Both the position numbers and the translations under genes were made by a program. A stretch of 64,000 nucleotides of DNA, from positions 177,623 to 241,622 of the forward strand of contig CAZYBO010000004.1 in assembly GCA_964645205.1 (NCBI GenBank), given 5' to 3'. The notes under the pieces are model-generated. The model was not told the origin of the DNA and did no database searches. It saw only the letters and a list, made by a program, of their open reading frames with translations. This document shows, in pieces, positions 55,170 to 62,382 of the stretch; positions within the stretch are counted from its first letter, which is position 1; each line of letters begins with the position of its first letter. Source of the DNA: an uncultured Rickettsiales bacterium. GTDB taxonomy: Bacteria > Pseudomonadota > Alphaproteobacteria > Rickettsiales > SXRF01.

Positions 55170-55910
55170 TTAGGCCGCCGCTTCCAGCCTGCCGCCCTGA
55201 ATGGAGCGCAAGAAGGCTTTCTCCAGCAAGGTTTCCTTATATTTTTCCTTAAACGTCGCAGGTGTGCCGATGAAGAACAGGCGGCCTTCGTGAATCACGC
55301 CGATGCGGTCGCAGATTTCATCGATGTCGGCAAGGATGTGCGAGCTGAAGAATACGGTTTTGCCCTTCTTGCGGTTGGCGAGCAGCATGTCTTTCAGCTT
55401 GATACGCGCACTGGGATCAAGACCGCTCATCGGCTCGTCGAGTATCAGCAGCGACGTGTCCACCATGAACGCCCCCAGCAACCCGAGCTTTTGCCCCATC
55501 CCTTTTGAATAGGAACCGACACGCGCGGAAAGCACGCGCGGGTCGAGGTCGAGTGCTTCGGCCAGCGATTGCGCCAGCGACGTATCGAGTTTTTTTCCAT
55601 AGTATGACAGCGCGAGATCGAGATATTCCATGCCCTTCAAATAGCGCGACGGCTGGAATTTTTCCGGCAGGTAGGACAGTTTGCTGCGCGCACGCAAATC
55701 GGTCGTCGGCACGCCGAACAGGTGTGCGCTCCCCGAATCCGCCTTCACGAGGTCGAGCAGGATTTTGATCATCGTGGTCTTGCCTGCGCCGTTTACGCCG
55801 ATCAACCCGAAAATCTCGCCGGGCATCAGCGCAAGGTCGATGCCTTCGAGCACTTTGCGCGTGCCATAGGATTTATGGATCGATTGTATGGAGATAGGCG
55901 ATGCCGTCAT
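55170..55910 (-). CDS. ABC transporter ATP-binding protein (ABC-2/CcmA-like) with no adjacent permease
   Basis: Walker A GVNGAGKTT, signature-like YSKGMGQKL, Walker B LLILDEPMSGLD, H-loop SSHIL. It starts 13 nt after the upstream pilus-operon gene and ends 2 nt from the pilU stop. Confidence 0.85.
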   Translation of the reverse strand: MTASPISIQSIHKSYGTRKVLEGIDLALMPGEIFGLIGVNGAGKTTMIKILLDLVKADSGSAHLFGVPTTDLRARSKLSYLPEKFQPSRYLKGMEYLDLALSYYGKKLDTSLAQSLAEALDLDPRVLSARVGSYSKGMGQKLGLLGAFMVDTSLLILDEPMSGLDPSARIKLKDMLLANRKKGKTVFFSSHILADIDEICDRIGVIHEGRLFFIGTPATFKEKYKETLLEKAFLRSIQGGRLEAAA

Positions 55911-55922
55911 GAATAGTTCCTT

Positions 55923-56780
55923 TTAGTCCTGGCTCTCAAGTTTCTTGTAGGAGTTTATCAGGCCGCCAAGACCGGTGTTATCGGCATCCTCGCCACTTTC
56001 GGCGCTCGCGGCTTCAGGCGCGGCCTGCGGCTCTTTTTTTGGTTTGGCGCCTCTGGCATGCTGCAATTCCACCGTCACCGGCACCACTTTGCCTTCCAGT
56101 ACCCGCATAACATAAGATGAGAACGTCTGGTTGTGGCGCAGTGTGAAGGTGACCGTGCCCTGCGCGTCGTCCACACTGACGGATTCGGTTGGCGATATGT
56201 CCCATACTTCGTTGATTTTTTCCATGTCCACCGGACGCCACACGATGGTAACCTTGTCGCGGTCGATCGCCTCAACCTGAATGTCGGCGCCTTGTTTGGG
56301 CGTAGTCGGAAGGATTTTCTGGCCGTTTATCCATACCACCCAATCGTTGGGCGAGTGATACACCAGCGATTCAAGATAAAGCTGCGGATACGTGAAGTAT
56401 TTCTTCGCGACTTCATCCGGCTTCAACCCCTTCAACTCATCTTCCTGCTCTCCTTCACCGATTGAGCCGCTGAAGCCAACCTGATTCTGGTAGGACTGAA
56501 TAGCGGTGCGTATCAAGGCAAGCTCCTTGCCGCTGAAGAAAAGGCTGTTGGACGCAGATGGCTCTTCCTGCGCGTTCGCGGGCGGGAATAATGTCGCCAT
56601 CTGTTCGATAGGGGACGGTTCTTCGGTTTTCCTGCGGATTACCGCGCCAGCGGCACCGGCTGCGTCATCTAACGCCTCATCCGATTCCGACAACTCAAAC
56701 GCCGTGGCCGTTTGCACAGGCAAACTCGCCATTGCAAGCGCAACACACAGGATGAGCATATACGGTTCCCGGTGCGTCAT
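55923..56780 (-). CDS. Secreted hypothetical protein; positional PilP/GspC-like candidate
   Basis: Signal peptide MLILCVALAMASLPVQTATA, then an acidic linker, then a beta-rich core (WVVWINGQKILPTT...IQVEAIDRDKVTIVWRP). The ATG overlaps the upstream stop (ATGA). The functional call rests on gene position and architecture only. Confidence 0.4.
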   Translation of the reverse strand: MTHREPYMLILCVALAMASLPVQTATAFELSESDEALDDAAGAAGAVIRRKTEEPSPIEQMATLFPPANAQEEPSASNSLFFSGKELALIRTAIQSYQNQVGFSGSIGEGEQEDELKGLKPDEVAKKYFTYPQLYLESLVYHSPNDWVVWINGQKILPTTPKQGADIQVEAIDRDKVTIVWRPVDMEKINEVWDISPTESVSVDDAQGTVTFTLRHNQTFSSYVMRVLEGKVVPVTVELQHARGAKPKKEPQAAPEAASAESGEDADNTGLGGLINSYKKLESQD

Positions 56781-57424
56781 TGCGGTTTCTGTCCTTGCGG
56801 CGCCGGCGGCTCTACGGTTTTGATACCGTACCAGACCAGCTTCATTTCACCCTTGATCAGCGGCAATTTTCCGGTTTTCGCGATGGTATTCAGCATTTCA
56901 TCGGTGAGTTTCTGCGTGCGTTCAAGGCGCATCGCCGTGATTTTAACCGCACCGGACATCTCCTTGTCGATCGCACCCAGCAACTCATACACGTCCTCGT
57001 CCGTCAACGCTTCGAAGCTCAGTTGCACATCGCTGGCAACAATGCTGCTGTTCTTGAGCTTCGGATTCGTAGTCTCCATCTCAGGCGTCACGGTGAGCGA
57101 CAGGTTGTTGAGGAAATAACGGTTCTTGAAAATCTCGAATTTTTTCCGGGACGCCTGACGATTGATCGCCAGTTCGTTATTGGCGTTTTTGGTACGGATT
57201 TCCTCGTAAAGCTCCATATTGCCCTGCACCTTGGAATATTTGGTACGCAGGTCGTTCATCTGGGAGCTTATCATTGCAATTTCGTTATCCAGCACCTGTT
57301 TCTGCTGCACGTAATCCTCAGACATCATCGTGGCATAATACGTGCCGCCGCCCAGCGCCGAAATCGCCACCACCAGTATGGCGGCTTCTTTGATCAGTCG
57401 TTTCCTGACGTCCTGATACTTCAT
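56777..57424 (-). CDS. Bitopic membrane protein with a coiled coil; positional PilO/GspM-like candidate
   Basis: 215 aa: a short cytoplasmic N-terminus, the TM segment AAILVVAISALGGGTYYA, a coiled-coil region, and a C-terminal alpha/beta domain. It overlaps both neighbours by 4 nt. Confidence 0.4.
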   Translation of the reverse strand: MKYQDVRKRLIKEAAILVVAISALGGGTYYATMMSEDYVQQKQVLDNEIAMISSQMNDLRTKYSKVQGNMELYEEIRTKNANNELAINRQASRKKFEIFKNRYFLNNLSLTVTPEMETTNPKLKNSSIVASDVQLSFEALTDEDVYELLGAIDKEMSGAVKITAMRLERTQKLTDEMLNTIAKTGKLPLIKGEMKLVWYGIKTVEPPAPQGQKPQ

Positions 57425-59133
57425 TTGGGCGCCCCTTTCGCCGACAGCACGGCAAAATCAGGCAGCATGTCGCCCTTGATCACCATCTGAATATCCAGCG
57501 TCTTGCCTTGCGGCGCAGCGTTTCCGGTGGGATTGAAGCTGATTTCGAGCTTGGCGTCGTCTTTCAACTCCGCCGGGATATTGCCGTAGCTGACGTCATA
57601 GCCTTTGAATACGTCTTTATACGCGTTGAGCACCTTGTTCAGCATGTCCCTGAGTTCCGTGGGATCGCTGGTTTTGCTGACGAATATAAGGTTAAGCGTC
57701 ACGCCCATTTTCACCTTGGCTCCCGGCGGTGTGGGAGGCGATTCGGCCTTGATCGGCGTGCCGTCGCCCAGCACCCAGTCGATGCTCTTGATGGTAACGG
57801 GCAATTGCTTGAGGGTAAGCACCGCATGCACCAGCGGCATGGGAGACAGGCGCTCTTTCTGGAGCATCTGGTATAGGTCGATCAGGTCGCTGACCTTATC
57901 CACATCGAGGTTGGAGTTTTTAATGTCCTGCTCAAGCCGACTCTTGGCCTGGGTCTGCGACTGCTTGGTTTCCTCAAGCGCTGAAATATCCTGAGACACT
58001 GAGAACATGGAAAACGCCTCATACCCGGCATAGAGGATAATCAGCAGCGCGATCAGCGCGGCGGCTATTTTCTGGGTGGAGAGTATCTGGAAATAACTGT
58101 CCAGCTTGCGCGTTTGCACGGTGGTGAGCTTGAGCACGTGCTGCTTGCTGCACCCGATGCTGGCGGCGAGGATCACGTCGCCGAACTGGTCGGTGGGCTG
58201 CGTAGCGCCCTCGATGCCGAGATGCTGCGCCACTTCAAACGGCGTCATGACGTGGCAGCCGCGCGCCTCGAACTTGGCGCCGTCGATAAACGGCTTGATA
58301 CCACCGGCAGCAATAACATACACGTCCAGCCCGTCCTCGGGCTTGAAGGAAAGACGGCGGACATATTCAAGCGTGGTGGTGATTTCCTGCTCGATATTCC
58401 CTGCAACCACTTCGGGATTGGTCTCCGCCATCGGCTGCGCGAGGCGGGTGAACACGATGCGGCCGTTGCGCAGGATCACCTGCCGGAATCCACCCACCTT
58501 GTTGTGGCTGACGAAGAATTTCCACTGCGCGCTGGTTTCTTCCTTGGGCAGCGCCATGGCGCGCTCAAGATTTTTTATGAGTACTTCCGTTTCCACCGAC
58601 ACGAGATAGATGCCATAGAAGCGGTTAGGCACGGCCTCCGCAAAATCGAGCCATACCGCCATGTGCGGGCTGCGCTCCAGCGAGATCATCAGGAAGTTCC
58701 AATCCTTGCGGCCGTTCTCTTCTCGGCCGAGCAGCACTGAGCCCTTGATGGCATCGCGGCCGAAATCGCGGTCGAGGCGGGTTTTGATGAGCTTGTTGAC
58801 GCTGAGCTTGCTGACCGGCGGCAGCGTATGCTGCACATAGGTCTGATCCATGCTGTCGACTACCATCATCAACGGCGCGTTCACGTCGGCTTCCATCACC
58901 GCTGCCAGTTCGTCGAGGCTTGCCTTGCCGGAATCCGGCACGAAATGGCGGCTGCGCACCACATTGCCGTCGATATGCACCAGTATCGCGCCCTCGTCGC
59001 CGACCAGCAGCACGAAACGCGTGCCCTTCGAAGCGCGGAAGCCTTTGCGTTTCGAAGACGCCTCCGCGCGCGGCTTCTTGAGCCTGGCGACCTTGGGCGG
59101 TTTAATCGTAGAGCGTTTAATCTTCAGAGCCAT
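57421..59133 (-). CDS. 570-aa bitopic protein; GspL-like or PilM-PilN-fusion-like candidate
   Basis: A ~340-aa cytoplasmic domain, one TM (KIAAALIALLIILYAGYEAF), a coiled coil, and a ~150-aa periplasmic domain. This is the architecture of GspL or of a PilM+PilN fusion, and it lies directly after pilC. I could verify no sequence motif by eye. Confidence 0.4.
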   Translation of the reverse strand: MALKIKRSTIKPPKVARLKKPRAEASSKRKGFRASKGTRFVLLVGDEGAILVHIDGNVVRSRHFVPDSGKASLDELAAVMEADVNAPLMMVVDSMDQTYVQHTLPPVSKLSVNKLIKTRLDRDFGRDAIKGSVLLGREENGRKDWNFLMISLERSPHMAVWLDFAEAVPNRFYGIYLVSVETEVLIKNLERAMALPKEETSAQWKFFVSHNKVGGFRQVILRNGRIVFTRLAQPMAETNPEVVAGNIEQEITTTLEYVRRLSFKPEDGLDVYVIAAGGIKPFIDGAKFEARGCHVMTPFEVAQHLGIEGATQPTDQFGDVILAASIGCSKQHVLKLTTVQTRKLDSYFQILSTQKIAAALIALLIILYAGYEAFSMFSVSQDISALEETKQSQTQAKSRLEQDIKNSNLDVDKVSDLIDLYQMLQKERLSPMPLVHAVLTLKQLPVTIKSIDWVLGDGTPIKAESPPTPPGAKVKMGVTLNLIFVSKTSDPTELRDMLNKVLNAYKDVFKGYDVSYGNIPAELKDDAKLEISFNPTGNAAPQGKTLDIQMVIKGDMLPDFAVLSAKGAPK

Positions 59134-59213
59134 GATGTCATCGTGCCTGACGCTGTATATATTGACTATATAGCATGGTTTGAGGCGTGGTCATGCGAAA
59201 CCTTTGTATCATG

Positions 59214-60416
59214 CTAGAATTTCACCTTGCTGAACGATTCGTAAAGCGGGCCGAATACGGCGGCGATCACCCAGAAAATCATCAAGCCCATCACCACGGT
59301 CAGGATCGGCTGGATAGCGCCGACCATCGCTTCCACCGCATCGTTCACTTCGCGGTGGTAGAAGAAGTTGATGTTCTCCAGCGCTTCCGTCATGTTGCCG
59401 CTATCCTCACCGACCTTGAACATACGCACGACGAGGTTGGGAAACTGGTTGGAAAGGCGCAGGCTGGCGGTCAGCGAGTTGCCTTCCATCACGTTGGTTT
59501 TCACAAGGTCGACCGAATCGCGCAGGATACGGTTGCTGACCACGGTTTTGCCGCCTTCCAGCGATTCGAGTATGTCGATGCCGCTGTTGAACATCACCGC
59601 GAAAAAGTGCGTAAAGCGCGCCATGTCGATCTTGCGCGTGACCGGGCCGATGAGCGGCACTTTCAGGATCAGCGCATCTATTTTGTAAGCAAAGGGTTCC
59701 GAGGTTCTGTACAGGGTAAGGATCGTCATGATCAGCAGCACAGGCGTGCCCATGATGATGTACCAGTAATTCTCGAACGCCCACGACACCGAGATCAGCG
59801 CGCGCGTGTGGATGGGAAGGCCGTAGCCCTGCCCCATGATGAAATCCACCAGCTTCGGCACAACCGCCATCATCAGCGTGGCGATCACCGCGAAAATCAC
59901 CACCAGCAGCACGATAGGGTAGCGCGTGGCTTTCTTAATCTTGCGACGGATTTCCTCAGACCATTTCAAATGGTCGGCAAGGTGTAGAAACGATTCGGAA
60001 AGGTTACCCGTTCTCTCGCCGGTTTCGACCAGTCCTACGAACACGTTGTTGAAAATACGCGGATAAGCGGCCAGCGCCTTCGACAGCATGTTGCCGTTCT
60101 TCACCCCTTCGTACACGCCCGTCATCACGTCGCGCAGCTTGGGTGATTCGCTGGAATCGCGCACGTCAGCCAGCGCGTCGTGCAGCGGCACGCCTGCGCG
60201 GTTGAGTTGCTCCAGATGCATGCACAGGATGATAAGGTCTTTTGTTTTCACCTTGGCGAAGCGCGAGGTTTTCTTCTGCTTCACTTCTCTTGCGGAAATC
60301 AGGTCGAGGCCGATCTGCTTTAGGCGTTCCTCAAGGTCAAGCTCGTTGTCGGCGACCACCACGCCGCGCATTTTCCGTCCCGCATTGTTGATCGCCGTGT
60401 AATTGAATGCGGGCAT
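59214..60416 (-). CDS. pilC: Type IV pilus / T2SS platform protein (GspF/PilC family)
   Basis: 400 aa with two T2SSF repeats and 3 TM segments (...LSKALAAYPRIFNNVFVGLVETGERTGNL...; ...LTASLRLSNQFPNLVVRMFKVGEDSGNM...). Confidence 0.88.
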   Translation of the reverse strand: MPAFNYTAINNAGRKMRGVVVADNELDLEERLKQIGLDLISAREVKQKKTSRFAKVKTKDLIILCMHLEQLNRAGVPLHDALADVRDSSESPKLRDVMTGVYEGVKNGNMLSKALAAYPRIFNNVFVGLVETGERTGNLSESFLHLADHLKWSEEIRRKIKKATRYPIVLLVVIFAVIATLMMAVVPKLVDFIMGQGYGLPIHTRALISVSWAFENYWYIIMGTPVLLIMTILTLYRTSEPFAYKIDALILKVPLIGPVTRKIDMARFTHFFAVMFNSGIDILESLEGGKTVVSNRILRDSVDLVKTNVMEGNSLTASLRLSNQFPNLVVRMFKVGEDSGNMTEALENINFFYHREVNDAVEAMVGAIQPILTVVMGLMIFWVIAAVFGPLYESFSKVKF

Positions 60417-60422
60417 GGGAGC

Positions 60423-62249
60423 TTACAACCTGTCGGTTAAGTCAATGGTGTTGATAAGTTCTTTCAGGTTGATGTCGCCCGCGAGCACTTTGTTGATGCC
60501 ATCTTGCGCCATGGTCACAAAGCCGTTGGCCGTCGCGTAATCCAGCATGGCGCGCTTGGTGGCGTGCGTGGAAATCAGCTCGTCCAGCCCACGGTCAATG
60601 CGCAGCACTTCCACGATGCCGGTACGCCCCTTAAAGCCTTTGTTGTTGCACTTCTCGCAGCCATGCGGCTCGTAAATCGTCGGTGGCTTGGACGCATCCA
60701 CGCCCAAAATTTTGCATTCCTCCGCCGAGGCGGTGTAAGGTTTTTTGCAGCTTTTGCACAGCTTGCGCGACAGGCGTTGCGCCAGCACGCCGATGAGCGA
60801 ACCCGCCAGCAAGTGCGCAGGCACGCCGATATCGCCCAGTCGCGGAATCGCGCCCAGCGCGTCGTTAGTGTGCAGCGTGGTGAACACCTGGTGGCCGGTG
60901 AGCGCGGCGCGCACGGCCATCAGCGCCGTGTCCTCGTCGCGCACTTCGCCGATGAAGATAATATCAGGATCCTGGCGCATCAGGGATTTGATGCCGTTGG
61001 AGAAATCCATGCCCGAGCCTTCGCGCACGTTGCTCTGGCGGATCAGCGGCAGCTGGTATTCCACCGGATCTTCCAGCGTCATGATGTTGGTATCGATGTC
61101 GTTGATGTAGCTCAGGATCGAGTACAGCGTTGTCGTTTTACCCGAACCCGTGGGGCCGGTCACGATGATGATGCCTTCGGGACGCTTCAGCAGCAGCTTG
61201 AGTACGGAATCGTTATGGTCGGAGAAGCCGAGGCTCGCCAGCGGCACCAGCGATTTCGCTTTGTCGAGCAGACGCATCACGATGTTTTCGCCGTACACGG
61301 TCGGCTGGGTAGCGACGCGGAAATCCACTTCGCGGCCAAGCACGTTGTAGGAAATGCGCCCATCCTGCGGGTTGCGGGTTTCGGCGATGTTCATGCCCGC
61401 CATGATCTTGATACGCACCGCCATCGCAGACCAGTAGTCGCGGTGGAACGAGCGAATCTGCACCATCTGCCCGTCGATGCGGTAGCGCAGGCGCAGGAAC
61501 GAGCCTTCCGGCTCGAAATGGATGTCCGACGCACCGGATTTGATCGCATCCACCAGCAGCGCGTTGACAAGGCGCACGGTGGGGTTGACGTAGCCTTCCT
61601 GCCGTCCGTCCAGCTTCGCGTTTTCGCGGATGCCGGTTTCGATTTCGCGCAAGATGCCGTCCACCGAAATTTCGTAGTCGTAATACTGGTCGATCAGTTC
61701 GAGGATTTCTGACTCGGTGCAATAGATCGGCACGATCTTGGTGCTGCGCGGCACGTGCCTGCGCACCTGGTCGATGGCAAGCACGTTATACACGTCCGCC
61801 ATGGCGAGCTTGAGCACGTCGTTTTCGTAGCTGACCGGGATGACCTTATGGCGCGCGGCGATTTCCTTCGGCACGCGGCGCACCACGGCGGAATCGAGCA
61901 TGCTTGATTTGGGATCGAATTTCTGGGTGCCGGACGATTCGGCGAGGATTTCGCCGAGCGCGCTTTCGGTGATGAATCCCATATCGACGAGAATCGCACC
62001 GAATAATTTCTTGGCGGTTTTCTGTTCGGTCAGCGCAATCTGCAGCTGATCCTGCGAGATCAGCCCGAGCGCGATCAGCTTTTCGCCCAACCGCAACGGA
62101 CGCGCCTGAGTGACGAGCGCTGGCGCTTCGCCGTCCACAGTTTCAGGAACCGCACCCGCCGGAGGATTGTCGGAGACGTTGCCCGCTTCGGGACCTGTTA
62201 CTTCCTTGGCCATCGCCTCGTCTGCCGGTTTCTGTTTTCCTGCCTTCAT
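60423..62249 (-). CDS. pilB: Type IV pilus assembly ATPase (GspE/PilB family)
   Basis: N-terminal T2SSE_N-like domain, Walker A GPTGSGKTTT, ALTGHQVFTTLHTND, and the tetracysteine motif CKSCKK...CEKCNNKGFKGRTG. Confidence 0.9.
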   Translation of the reverse strand: MKAGKQKPADEAMAKEVTGPEAGNVSDNPPAGAVPETVDGEAPALVTQARPLRLGEKLIALGLISQDQLQIALTEQKTAKKLFGAILVDMGFITESALGEILAESSGTQKFDPKSSMLDSAVVRRVPKEIAARHKVIPVSYENDVLKLAMADVYNVLAIDQVRRHVPRSTKIVPIYCTESEILELIDQYYDYEISVDGILREIETGIRENAKLDGRQEGYVNPTVRLVNALLVDAIKSGASDIHFEPEGSFLRLRYRIDGQMVQIRSFHRDYWSAMAVRIKIMAGMNIAETRNPQDGRISYNVLGREVDFRVATQPTVYGENIVMRLLDKAKSLVPLASLGFSDHNDSVLKLLLKRPEGIIIVTGPTGSGKTTTLYSILSYINDIDTNIMTLEDPVEYQLPLIRQSNVREGSGMDFSNGIKSLMRQDPDIIFIGEVRDEDTALMAVRAALTGHQVFTTLHTNDALGAIPRLGDIGVPAHLLAGSLIGVLAQRLSRKLCKSCKKPYTASAEECKILGVDASKPPTIYEPHGCEKCNNKGFKGRTGIVEVLRIDRGLDELISTHATKRAMLDYATANGFVTMAQDGINKVLAGDINLKELINTIDLTDRL

Positions 62250-62382
62250 AGCTGGTCGGACAATACTTGCATAATGGGGTGATTTACAAACACTTTTAGC
62301 ACCCTACCATTTGGTCAGAAAAAGATTGAGATTCCGTTAAAATTTACGCCCGGAAAGGTGGCTGGAAAAGGCTAATTTCCGT

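Noticed and set aside
60504-61712. 402-aa plus-strand ORF
   Set aside because: It is antisense to pilB, which has Walker boxes and a tetracysteine motif.
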